DNA of 64,000 nt, taken from Apus apus (lineage: Eukaryota). The number at the start of each line of letters is the position of its first letter. The stretch's first letter is position 1. The DNA is taken from assembly GCF_020740795.1 (NCBI RefSeq), contig NC_067282.1, positions 17,961,172-18,025,171 on the forward strand, in the 5' to 3' direction. Below, in pieces: positions 1 through 11,553 of this stretch. Under the pieces are notes generated by a model. The model was not told the DNA's origin. It ran no database searches and saw only the letters and a list, made by a program, of their open reading frames with translations. The translations under genes were made by a program, and so were the position numbers.

Positions 1-2921
1 GTGGTACTCTTTATTTTATAACCAGATCCCTGCATTTATCTCTGCATCCATCGTGGCATGCAGTGCATAACTGTTGGCTTAGAAATACCCCAAGCCAAGC
101 AGTATCTTCTCTATCCATTTCAGGTGAGGTGTTTTGGCTACCTATTCCCTTTGCATATGAAGTCTCGGTGCAGGTAACGAGCCAAATCTCTTTTCAGCAT
201 GTTTTCCATATGTAATCTTTACACATATGAGAAGAGACCAGGCCAGTTTCCAGAATGGTAATGATTTCCTAAGCCTTTGCCTATACCACCTCCATTTGTG
301 ACTGGGAAATTATTTTCGTCTTTGATTGCAAATAATAAAAATTCTAAAGAGAAAGATGTGGTTGCATGTAACTACCTTGGATCCAGTTAGTTCAGTCAGT
401 AATGCTCAAAAAGATGACCCCACAAGCCTCAGTGCGCACTGTGAAGCTTCCCCGGGAGTCTGGTTGCCCTGGTTACCACGTTTTCACTCTCTTGCAAACA
501 AGCTCCATAAAACATCACTGGAGTTGTTCTTTCCATGCATGAGCAGAAATATGACAGTCAAAACTACATGAAGCCTTGGTAGCACAGTGTATTATTCTAC
601 TTTCTGCAACATTATATTCCACAGGCTGTGGAACCACTATTAATAAGGTCTATCATCTCATTTAGTTTCTGAAGGCAGTGGCACAGAGAGCTATTCTGTT
701 TTGTTGGGTTTTTTTCCTGAGAGTTTATAGTAATTCTGGACTACACAGCATGGATGCAGTTGAAATATTTGCTTCCAAAAAGCATTGCTTAGCATTTGTC
801 AGTACTGGGTTCACATGTTATTCAAATATTGCTATTCCTTAGGCTCTAATAAAGTCTCCTGGGGACTCCATGTACCTGTCTTATTTTTGAAGCTGTGTTT
901 TAAAATCTCCTAAGCAATAAAGGATGAGCTTAAAGTTACATTATATAATAGGGTAAGAAACAAATAAGTGCACTCCACCAGCATGCTCCTCTCAGCTGTG
1001 TTTTAGACCCTAAAAACCTAGACTTCCTGGTTGAAATTCCTCCCCTGTTGAACTAACTAAACAATAATTTGTGCTCCAAAGATTTGGATTAGAAAGAATA
1101 TTTCATTAAGAAGAATTTCAGAGGGAAATATTGCTGTGAAACCAAGTTTATTAAAGTTTAAAAAAACAAAAGAGAAAGGTTGGTTTGCCTAGAGACAGAG
1201 AATTTCATCTTCTAAGAGTTTAATAGTGGCTGATCTAAAACATGCATTTCAGAAAGATGCAAACACCTTTTAAACATCTGCATACACACAATTATAATTG
1301 AAAGACCGCCAAACAAACCTCAGTGCCTGCACATACGCTTCAGTCAGACCCTGCAGGGTATCTGCATCAGGGCCCAAATCTGTGCCTTTCTACAGACATA
1401 CTGAGTTTCAAGAGGTTGAACGCTGAAGTAAGAAAAAGATTCTCTGCTTGTTTAACAAGCCTTTATTCCCAGATATCCCTATTTAAACAGTGTGGTCTAG
1501 GTGCATCATAGCCTTTTCAATAGTAAATTAAAATTGGGAATACATGCTCAGCCTTGGTACTGGCTTGGAGAGATGGAGCTGCAACAGCCTCACCTCTGTC
1601 AGGCTCCCAGATTTGGGAACCAAGCACAATGGACAAGGCTAACTCTCAATCCAACTTCTGGCTGCTATTTTGCTACCTGCTAAAGGAGTCAGAATTTAAA
1701 CAAAAAGGTAATGAGTTATGCTCACAGCAAAAAGCTTGTACAGGGAATTTTAAAGAATGGAAGCCTGATTCAAGCATTACAGATCTTATAAAAATCACAA
1801 TAACATTTTAAATTGAATGTTTTTATACCTATGAATTTTTATATTTTAATATTAATAAAGACAGACTCAGCATATCTGCTACACTGTGCTTCAGACAAAA
1901 CAAATAAACAAACAAAAAAATGTAGAGAAAAAAAATAGTGTGAGTTCAGCACTAATGCCAGACAAGTACCTATGACCAAACTATCCACTGTTACATTTAC
2001 AGTTTGTTGGTTTTAACCAACAAGGTGGATGAGAAAAAAAAAGTATCTGGCATACTTTGCAATTAAGATAACTTGTAGAAAATTAGATCAATCACATATA
2101 CTGAATATAAGCACACAATAACTGCTAATATGAGGACATAAATACCATGGGCCAGAAACCATGGGTGAGGAGTTAAGATTAACTACAGAATTTCCTTCAG
2201 GTATCAGTGTCTCTCTGTTAGACCATCAGAATGTTTTGAGATTTGTTGTCCAACTTCCATGAACCTTAGAAACAGGACTATACAACTGTTAATGCTACAT
2301 AATCACTGATGAAATCAGACTTCTTACATACCTGCACATCCCATACCTACAAACTTTTCTGAACTGTAGCATTTGGCTCTGTCTGCAGTAACACAAGAGG
2401 ACCTCCTTCCTTGTGTAAACACACATGCAGCCTCTCACATAACATTCAGAGGAAAACTGTTTCTACTTCCAATGTAATCACATGGCTATACTTTAGAAAA
2501 AATCCAACAGTGATTGTATGTCAAATGACCATTATAAACATTTGAAGACTCTACCACCTAAATGACAAAACAAAACAAAACAATTAAAAAACCCAAACCC
2601 AGACACGGGCCAGTTGTGCATTTAGTAACTGCATTTTGAAAGCAGAACTTCTTGCTGAGAAAGCGCAAGATACACATGATGAGAAAGGAGGATGCATTTG
2701 AAGAAAAAACTGCTATGTGTTCCTGGCTAGAAAGATGGTCTAGAAAACATACGTGTGTTTTCAGTCACCATTTGACTATGATTTTTAAATGCAGCTACAT
2801 TGTTCACACCACAGACAACAGTCTGCTGACTATTATCTTTCTAGTACAATGTATTTTCTACCCCAGACAAAGCCATGGCAGTGCCTGAGGTCTCACTGGT
2901 GCGAGCAGCAGCCGGCAGGAC

Positions 2922-2947
2922 GGGGATTAACCCCCCGGGGTTAATCC
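2922..2947. repeat. Near-perfect inverted repeat: ggggattaacccc-cc-ggggttaatcc, a 12-13 bp stem with a 2 nt spacer
   Basis: Read directly from the sequence; GC-rich flank gcagcagccggcaggacgg lies upstream. Confidence 0.5.
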
Positions 2948-3263
2948 ATGCTGCCATCTCGTGGTTATACCCACATAAGAAACACTGACTTTTACAATGC
3001 CTGCTTTTTAAATACTACCGTATAAAATTGTGAAACATCAGTAATGTTCTCTGAATAGCTAATGGCACAGACAGAAGGTGTTCTTTCTTTTCTGGGAAAT
3101 TACAATTGGCTCTTTAGAAATAAAGCCAAGCTGCTTCTTCAGACTTTCAGAGTGGTATGAGCACTGCACTGAAGGGGTGCAGTAGATGTTTATTTACACT
3201 TTTCATGTATAGGCTGACAGAGCCACAAACGAAAATAATATATGCATGATATATAACATAAAA

Positions 3264-3872
3264 CAGAATCATAGAATCACAGAATCATTAAGGTTGGAAG
3301 GGACCTTAAAGATCATCAAGTTCCAACCCCCTGCCATGAGCAGGGAACCCTACCACTAGACCAGGTTGCACAAAACCTCACCCAACCTGGCCTTAAAAAC
3401 CTCCAGGGATGAGGCATCAACAACCTCCCTGGGCAACCCATTCCAGTTCCTCACCACCCTTATAGTGAAGAATTTCTTCTTAATATCTAACCTAAATGTC
3501 CCCTCTCTCAGTTTAAAACCATTACCCCTTGTCCCATCACTATCTTCTCTGATGAAAAGCCCCTCCTCAGCTTTCCTGTAGCCCCTTTCAAGTACTGGAA
3601 GGTGCTATAAAGTCTCCCCAGACCCTTCTCTTCTCTAGGCTGAACAGCCCCAACTCTCTCAGCCTGTCTTCATAGCAGAGGTGCTCCAGGCCTTTGATCA
3701 TCTTCAAGGCCCTTCTCTGGACCCTCTCCAACAGGTCAATGTCTTTCTTGTGCTGAGGGCACCAGAACTGTACACAGTATTCCAGGTGCAGTCCCTCTGG
3801 ATGGCATGTATATCTTTTATAATTGTTTGTAAAGGCATAGAGAATAGAATCTGTAGCTGTATTTTTTGACAT
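3264..3872 (-). mobile_element. CR1 LINE 3' fragment (minus orientation); carries the ORF2 C-terminal reading frame
   Basis: Antisense CR1 tail cagaatcatagaatcacagaatca-ttaaggttggaagggacc. Minus ORF 3588-3872 encodes ...[54 protein letters not shown], the classic CR1 ORF2 C-terminus. Confidence 0.85.
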
Positions 3873-5589
3873 TCATAAGCAGGAAATAACATGAGCATTT
3901 GTTACTGTTGTTCACTTACTTATTAAATTGAGCTAAAGTTAAAATATAAGCAAGAATGACCTGCCTTCTCAGTAAAGACCTAATAAGGCTTAATTAGGCT
4001 TCTCATCAAAGAGCTAGTTAGGCTACTTCTTAGACAATCCTGTGCACTGCTGGTTTAAAATTGCAGACCTCTAACCAAGGCAATCCTTCCTATCATTGCC
4101 CTTTCTCTGCCACATCCACAACTGGTCTGCCATCCTACCCCATGTTTTAACCCTCAGCCATTATTCACTATGTTCTGAAGTGATGTTTATAAGAACTAAT
4201 TTTTAAGTGGGAATTAGCATAGAATACGGAAGAGAAAGACAAAAATTGGGGTGCACAAACCTTCCCACACCTTTGAAATAGAAAAAGTATTGCCAAAGCT
4301 AACTGTAAGTAGAGAAAATTCCTGAGACTTTAACTTAATTACAAAATCTGCTTGGAGAATCTGAAAGAAAGGACAACTGGTATTTACAGAGCAGGAGAAG
4401 GTGCTTTAGCTCTCAGGGAACGGTGAAAGACAATTAATTAATTGCCTGTAAAGAAAGAGATGGGACAATGATAATTTGCCACAGAACAGTGTCTAACTTT
4501 AGTCCGTACTTTTTAATGTCAAGAAGAAACAAGAATGTCAGTTCCTAGCCCTGTCTTTTTACAGTATTTTGTAGAACTCCTTTGAAGGTTATTCCTGGAA
4601 AACACACTGCTGGTAACGGGAAGTTATATTCTATGTGTGAGTTCAGCTTGGGTCACACTGATTTTTAGTCTCACAAGCAGGGTTTCCTACAAACTTTCTG
4701 TAGGCCAAACCACACCGAAAGGAACCAGACTGGGCAATGAAGCACAAGTGTAAAATCTGACAACAGATCTCTACAAGGATTCTATACAAAGTTGAGTCTA
4801 ATCAGGTATTGGTTAACAGTGAGGGCTTCTGAGGAAAAGTATTTACAAGCTGAACCAGTGTAAAGATAACTTCTGGCAAGTTCTGCCCCTCACAGCCAGA
4901 TCATGCATATTCCAGTGTAGCTGAACAAAACCAATGCAATCTTGCCTCATTATGGGTGTTTTACCAAAAAGGAGGTGAGGACCTAGCTCCATAGAATTGA
5001 CTCGTTTTTTAACTTTACTGTTCCTCTCTTTGTGCTTTCTTCTCCATTACTCCTTAAACTCTCCTGCCCTTTCAGCAGACAGAACTGTCGTCTTGTCCTT
5101 TGGCTCTTCAGAACAGTCACTGTTTGCCTTGGCCACACAACTGCAGTACTCCCTATTGTTAAGAAAACCTAGAGTTGGGTTTGTGTGACCTGCTGAACTT
5201 TGCCTTCTTATGCGAGTCAAAACCCCAGCCTAACAAACACTCACTTAGTACATATAAACTGGAAAGCTCAGGGTAGGACCTAGTTTTACTGTGTGAGCAG
5301 TGTAAAAACATGAACAGGCCAGTTTTGTTAGGAACATTGCCTCTTGGAAAGCCAGCCCAGTTCGTGATTTGGCAAGCGTCTGAAGTTGTAGGGGAAAATT
5401 ATTGTATTTTTCGTTTTAAAATTTAACTGTACTTTGCTAGAGGTGACTCAAAACAGAAATCTGGAGAGTATTATTGCTGCATTTACGACAGCCGAAACAG
5501 GAGTGGTTAAAAAGAAAAAAAAAAAAAAAATCTCTTGTTCTGCAAATAATGAGAATGCACGTAGAATAAAGAAACCCCAAAGCATGAAC

Positions 5590-6010
5590 TTAAAAGCTCC
5601 TAGCCCGGAAAACACCCTATCTTCAACGGAGGGCCCCTCCTTCCCAGGCAGGGGCGGGAAGGGGCAGCGCAGACACCGCCCGCCTGACGCCGGCGGCCCC
5701 GCGCCCCGGGCGGCACAACATGGCGGCGGCGCCTGCCCGCGCCGGCCACAGCAACAGCCGCGCCCCCCGCGCCCGCCCCTCCCTGATTGGCTGCGACGGG
5801 AACGGGAGTGACGACGCGCGCGCTGATTGGCGGCGGCGGTAGCGGCGCGCGCCGTCTGCACGAGGCGGCGGTCGGGCCTGCCCGCTGGGGCGAGAGGCGG
5901 CGGGAGCGGGGCGGGAGCGGGGCGGGAGCCTGCTGCGGGAGCCTGCTGCGGCGGCGGCGAGGTGCGTGCTGCGGATGTGGGCTCCGGGCGCCGGCTGGGA
6001 GGAGACAGCA
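5590..6010 (+). promoter_or_regulatory. RNF17: CpG island / putative TATA-less promoter of RNF17; probably includes a non-coding exon 1 (candidate donor cgag|gtgcgt at 5961/5962)
   Basis: Very high GC and CpG density. Three ggggcggg GC boxes. Tandem duplications (gggcgggagc x3, ggagcctgctgcg x2). The next coding exon begins ~460 bp downstream. Overlapping ORFs on both strands are GC artefacts. Confidence 0.65.
5781..5832 (+). promoter_or_regulatory. Two inverted CCAAT boxes (ctgATTGGc at 5786-5790 and ctgATTGGc at 5826-5830) spaced 40 bp apart
   Basis: ATTGG pentamers in identical ctgattgg context, typical NF-Y site arrangement in TATA-less promoters. Confidence 0.5.
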
Positions 6011-6037
6011 CCTCTGCTCTCCAGCGGCTAGGGGGAC

Positions 6038-6073
6038 AAACACACACACACACACCAACCAACCAACCAACAA
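6038..6073. repeat. Compound microsatellite (CA)9 followed by (CAAC)5
   Basis: acacacacacacacacc aaccaaccaaccaacaaac, read directly. Confidence 0.95.
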
Positions 6074-6465
6074 ACTAGGAGGGGAGGTTAATCTGCATAG
6101 GCAAATTACCTGAGGGAAATCAAAACAGCTCGGTAGCAGGCCCTAAGGAGAGCCTAAGGAAAGGTGTTGGGGCGGGCTGCAGGCCGGGTGTGGAGCTACG
6201 GCATTGAGATAACTGCAAAAAAGGGAAATAATCGTCACGGCAGTATGTGATCAGGAAGGTATCCTGAGGGCCCCTAGTGCTAACGTTGGGGGTGAAGTAA
6301 AACAGGTCAGTGTTCTGCGGCTTTTGAGATACTTGGAAAGGAAAAGATGGGTATCCGCTCTCTATGAATTTTGTGTCTTCATTTTGCTCTTTATCAAATG
6401 ATGCAGTAGCTTGTATTTGCTCAAGTGATGAAACGTGTCATAGCTGTTCCGTTTTTTCCACTCAG

Positions 6466-6544
6466 ACACCATGAGTGGAAAGAAGGAGTTCTTGGTGGAT
6501 GACAGTTATGGAGAGTTTAACAGGAGAAAAATGAACGCTATAAG
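6466..6544 (+). CDS. RNF17: RNF17 first coding exon (ATG at 6471)
   Basis: Acceptor gttttttccactcag|, Kozak acaccATGa, donor ataag|gtaggt. Peptide MSGKKEFLVDDSYGEFNRRKMNAI. Phase chain to downstream exons consistent. Confidence 0.55.
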
Positions 6545-7173
6545 GTAGGTGAATTTCGAGATCAGTAACTTTTTTTTTTTAGTTCTGACAGTATAATTGT
6601 CAGGAAGTAGGGTTGAGGAAATGTAGAAAATACTGTTTGTATTCTGCTGTGTTGTAAGTGAGTCCATTTTTATATGTTATGTATGTGGGTAAAATCTGCA
6701 TTCTGTGGAAAGTTAGTATTTGGAGGAGGTTCAGGGAAAAAGACATTTTAGATGCATCTTGACATGTTCTGAAATACAGTTACAAGACTACCAGTATCTT
6801 ATGTCTACATATATTTTACAAGTAAATAAATCACTGTTGATCTATTAAATATGTCTTTAGTTAAATAACTTTAGAGTTAATGTGATTAAAATTGATTATG
6901 TAACAATCTGTTAATGCAGATTCTAGTTACCTTAAATGGTGCTTCTGCATACCTAAAAGCTCTAGCACCACCTTTATGGATGATGGATCGTGGAACTTTT
7001 CAGTTATAGGAGGATAACAGAATTTTTGTGTGTGTGTTTAATTACCTGCACCACCTTCTACAGAATGTCATTTGGTAAAAAGTGACCAAGCTCAGTTCCA
7101 AGAGAGCTGGAAGTCAGAATTCATGTTTGGTTTATATCCCTATGATCTTAAAACTTTACTTTTGCTTATGAAG

Positions 7174-7265
7174 GCAATGTCTTCAGATACTAGAAGAGGA
7201 TTTTACAGAACCAAAACAGAGACGCAGTGATTTCTGTCATATATCAAAAGCTATGAAAGTGAGAG
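7174..7265 (+). CDS. RNF17: RNF17 coding exon 2
   Basis: Acceptor ttttgcttatgaag|, donor gagag|gtaagg. Peptide (R)QCLQILEEDFTEPKQRRSDFCHISKAMKVR, open only in the phase dictated by exon 1. Confidence 0.5.
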
Positions 7266-7834
7266 GTAAGGCTTTTGGATCTTGACTTTTATTCCCATAA
7301 TTTTGGTGGTGTGCAGTATTCACTGTTAATTTATGGTTTATGTTGTGTATTGAGACAGTAGGTGGGCTGCCAGATTTGATTATTGCATTTTTTATTTACT
7401 GTATATCCAGCACTCAGTAAGAATGCCTAATACCTTTCTCTTTTCTGCTGTTTTTCTTGAAAAAGCTACTGAAAAGTTAGTTTAAAAAAAAGCCCTCCTT
7501 TTTTTTTCACAAGTTCTAAATTTCTGTGGAGTATATAGTAATTATGAATGCTTTATGAAAAAAAACCAATTTCCTGTACTAAAGGTTGAATGTGTTTTCT
7601 TTCACCTTTTTGCCTTCCCTTCAGCCTGTCCTGAATGTAGCAGCAACCACATACAGTTAATCATGCAGTTAATGCCCTAATCGTTACATGAGAGTAAGTT
7701 TTTGTAATCCCCAGAAAACTTCCATATCTGTTAATCTGGACTTCCATTCCTAGTTTTCAAGTTCTGGCATTACAAATGTTGGTGTCCAAATTCCTACTGA
7801 CTTCATGAATACTGTGCATGAGCCAGCATTGTGC

Positions 7835-8450
7835 CTAGATGGCCAAGGCTGCCAACAGGAGCCTGGCTTGTATCAGAAACAGTGTGGCCACCAGGTCTAC
7901 AGAAGAGGTTATCCCCCTGTGTTTGGCACTGGTGAGGCTGCACCTTGAACCTTGTGTTAAGTTTTGGGCCCCTCACTACAAAAAGGACATTGAGATGCTG
8001 GAGCAAGTGCAGAGAAAGGCAATAAAGTTGCTGAAGAACCTGAAGCACAAGTCTTATAAGGACTGGCTGAGGGAACTGGGGTTGTTTAGCCTGGGGAAGA
8101 GGGCTCAGAGGAGACCTTATCACTATCTACAGCTACCTGAAAGGAGGTTGTACTGAGGTGGGTGTTGGTCTCTTCTCCCAAGTTACAAGCAGTGAAACAA
8201 GAGAAAATGGCCTCAAGTTGTGCCAGGAGAGGTTTAGATTGGATGTTAGGAAATATTTCTTCACCAAAAGGGTTGTCAGGCACTGGAACAGCCTGCCCAG
8301 GGAAGTGGTGGAGTCATCATCCCTGGAGGTGGTGAAAAGATACGTAGATGTAGTTCTTAAGTACGTGGTTTGGTGGTGAATGTGACAGAGCTAGGTTGAT
8401 GGTTAGGCTTTATCTTGAAGATCTTTTCCAACCTAAATGGTTTTATGTAG
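7835..8450 (+). mobile_element. CR1 LINE 3' fragment (plus orientation), ORF2 C-terminal region nearly intact
   Basis: ORFs 7839-8156 and 8158-8379 encode ...[52 protein letters not shown]... and ...[37 protein letters not shown].... Ends ...atcttttccaacctaaatggttttatg. Confidence 0.85.
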
Positions 8451-8496
8451 AAGACTTCATGTATTTCTCTTTGTTTCATTGACTAATGCCTTCCAG

Positions 8497-8597
8497 GAAA
8501 TAATATTCGCAGCCAAGTGTTTTCTACACTTGCTGCTACGGCGTTTCATGATGATGTGAAGGATGAAGACACTGATTTATTCGGTTTTTCTGCAGAT
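8497..8597 (+). CDS. RNF17: RNF17 coding exon 3
   Basis: Acceptor gccttccag|, donor gcagat|gtaagt (consensus). Peptide GNNIRSQVFSTLAATAFHDDVKDEDTDLFGFSAD. Begins only ~45 bp after the CR1 end. Confidence 0.5.
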
Positions 8598-9344
8598 GTA
8601 AGTTGACCCAAAGCTTTCTGTTCAGTATTTGCTATGGTGGTCTGAAATAGTGATATTATAGAATCTTTTGTATTTTTGTTGAAAGTTCTTAAAGCAAGTT
8701 CAGGTACCCTCTCAGATGAAGGCCTGCACTTTATATGCTCCCCAGCAAATCTTTGCTGGCTTGTTAAGCAAAATAGCTACACAGTGTGCCTCTGATGTCC
8801 CAAGTCTTGTTTTAGGAAAGCTTAGTTTACGTTTCTCATTATTGCCCCATGTTGTCTGTTCTGTTCCACCCTCTTGTCTTTCATGTAAGTGCAAACACTT
8901 GCAAGTATGTCTTTAAAAAAAAAAAACAACAAAGCAAACTTCCCCTGTCAGCTCCCAAATAAAAGGACTTCAAATATTATTATTAAAAAAAAAAAAAAAC
9001 CCTCACTTTGCACAGTTGTGAATATCTTAAATATTTCTGTTTCTGCATTTTTTTTAAAATGCTCCACTTCTGAGTATTTTATTTTTTATGACATTCTGTT
9101 TGTTTCACAGAAATCCATATTTTGGAAAAACATTACATGCTTTAAAAAAAAAAAAAAATGCAGAAGATAGGATGTGGCTATTCTGTTTTTTCTGTTATGA
9201 AATTAAGATTCAGCATTTATTTCAAAGGACAAATAAGTCATATTTCAAATTAAGCCATGTCATTTGACTTCATTTAAAAAAATAAGTGGTAATCAGGTTT
9301 ACCAATGCAGTCAGGACCTGGGGGTGCTCAATGACAGCTAGCTC

Positions 9345-9845
9345 ACCAGTGAGACAGCAGTGTGCCCAGATGGCCTAGAAGACCAGTGTCATCCTGGCCT
9401 GTATCAGGAATGGTGTGGCCAGCAGGACTAGGGCAGCAGTTCTTCCGCTCTACTCAGCACTAGTGAGGCTGCAGCTCAAGTGCTGTGTTCAGTTTTGGGC
9501 CCCTCAGTATATGAAAGACATTGAGTTGCCAGAGTGAGTTCAGAGAAGGGCAACCAAGCTGGTGAAGGGTCTAGAAAACAAGCCTTATAAGGAGTGGCTG
9601 AGGGAACTGCGGTTATTTAGTGTGGAGAAAAGGGCTCAGAAGAGACCTTACAGCTCTCTACAGGTACCAGCAATAGAACAAGAGAAAATGGTCTCAAGTA
9701 GTGCCAGGGGAGGTCTGTAGATGAGGGTCCTGTTTACCAATCTCCAGTGTTCTGGGACCTCCCTGTTTACCCAGTTCTGCTGATAAATGATGGAAAGTGG
9801 CTTAAAGGTCTTTTCCAACCAAAACAGTTCTATAATTCTAATCTG
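9345..9845 (+). mobile_element. Older, degenerate CR1 3' fragment (plus orientation)
   Basis: Homologous to the 7835-8450 copy (gtgcccagatggcc..., ...gttttgggcccctcagtatatgaaagacattgag..., ...cttaaaggtcttttccaaccaaaacagttctataattct) with stop codons. Confidence 0.8.
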
Positions 9846-10145
9846 TTAGAAGTTTTGCATAATAGTGGGAAAATACTAAGAGCAAACAGAAAATCAGGAA
9901 TTCTTTTACTAGGAGCACTTGTCATTTATCACAAAGGTACACTGATGGCTATAGAGCTTTGGCTTCAAAGCTGTTTTCTTGCATGTCTGGTTGCTCAGTT
10001 CAGCAGCACTAGCTTTGAAGCTTGGTCTCATTGAAGTGAGTTGGGTGGATACTGAAGATGAAAACAGGCTTATTGAACATTTTTTACTGAGATTTGGATT
10101 TAACCCTCTGTTTGAACTTGTTCCACCTTTTCCTTTTGAATTTAG

Positions 10146-10201
10146 ATCAAAACTGATGATAAACCTGGGGTGTGTGGTGGCAACACACAAAGGCTAGCAA
10201 G
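10146..10201 (+). CDS. RNF17: RNF17 coding exon 4 (56 nt)
   Basis: Acceptor ccttttccttttgaatttag|, donor caag|gtaaac. IKTDDKPGVCGGNTQRLA. Open only in phase 0; required for phase continuity between exons 3 and 5. Confidence 0.5.
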
Positions 10202-11453
10202 GTAAACGTTTGTAATTTCAAATGTTTTTTATGTGTTTAGATGCCAGTCTGGGGAAGGACTTGGCTGAGCAAGCAGTTCCAGCTGCTTTTCTTGAGCTGA
10301 GTTGTTTTTTTGTAATATATTCTCGGTATGGCTGGTTAGTACTGTCAGATCACAACTTTATTCACACTTCAGTCAAATAACATTTTGTTGAAAGGCAGTA
10401 AAAAACAGATTGGTGTGCTTGAAAATGTTTGGAACTCCAAGTTTTAAGTGCTGTGGTAACTCCCTGATAAGGGCTCAGAGGGAGAATGCTGAAATGCCAG
10501 GCTGAGGTATGAGAAGTGCCTCCTCTGGCCTCTCCCCACCCCACTTTGTGCTTTTTGTTTAGATAACCAGTCACAGCTATAAAGATCAGATGGCAGCAGT
10601 GTCCCATGGTATAAAGTGGGTGTCTTACCCCCAGTGCTGTTGTTGTGGAGATTCATGTTTATACAAATGAGAATAGGCCCAGACAATTGTTAAATACATG
10701 TTACATTAAGGAATCTGTTCTATACATACCTGTTCCGTAAGGGAGGTAAATTTTATTTTCTGAGGTGGGTGCATGTGCTTTACTAACATTGCCCAAGGTA
10801 AAATAGAAACTCCTTATTTAATATAAGGTTGTCAGACTCTGCAGCAGTGTTCTCAAAATCCTCTTAGTCCATCAGAAGCAGCAAACTGATCACAGGAAGA
10901 ACACCACAGTGCTGCTTTCCTGTAAATAGGCTGGCTTATGCAGACTGTTTTTGAGAGTCTTGACTACTGTTTAGATCCATGTGTACTTTGCAGAACAACA
11001 GGGATGGGTGACCATAGAACAGAATTTAAGAGCCTTCCTAACAGGTTGTCAGTAGATGGTTTCAGTATAATCAGTCACGTATTCTAAAGATTTTAACAGC
11101 TTTCTTGATGTCTATATGAAGGAGAATATTTGGGCAACAAATGAAAAATTCTTCCTGGAATGTTAATGGTCATGCGTTTTTCTTGCATTGAGGCTACAAA
11201 TCACCACCATCTACTAAGGTTCTGTTCAGCCTTGCTAAAGATGAATTTTAAGATAATGGTAGTAGAAAGGAAACTTTTTGAAACATGAGGTGTCTGTAGA
11301 ATATCACAGTGTGAATTCTGGCATCTTAAAAATAGGTCTGTGTATGCATTTAATGACAGATTTTGAAATACTCTAATTGTGTCTAAAGTATTTGTGGGAA
11401 GCTTGATAGTAATTAAAATGTGTAGGTTTTTTTCTTAAAGCTTTGTTTTGCAG

Positions 11454-11553
11454 GCATTTCAGTCACAATACTGAAGAGAAAAAGGTTGCACACCCAGTTT
11501 CTTCAAACAGAGGGCTGAGAGAGAAGCCAACTTTACCGCCATCAGCAGACATG
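11454..11553 (+). CDS. RNF17: RNF17 coding exon 5
   Basis: Acceptor ctttgttttgcag|, donor gacatg|gtgtgt. (R)HFSHNTEEKKVAHPVSSNRGLREKPTLPPSADM. Confidence 0.55.

Noticed and set aside
1-3200. Possible 3' end of an upstream neighbouring gene (synteny would suggest ATP12A-like)
   Set aside because: I found no exon with convincing splice and ORF support, and no recognisable P-type ATPase C-terminal motif. The ORF-track hits here are short and low-complexity. Left unannotated.
5434-6113. Several long overlapping ORFs on both strands (125-204 aa; Pro/Arg/Ala/Gly-rich)
   Set aside because: They lie entirely in the CpG island, where GC richness suppresses stop codons. They overlap each other on both strands, have no splice or start context, and have repetitive low-complexity composition, which is typical of promoter GC artefacts.
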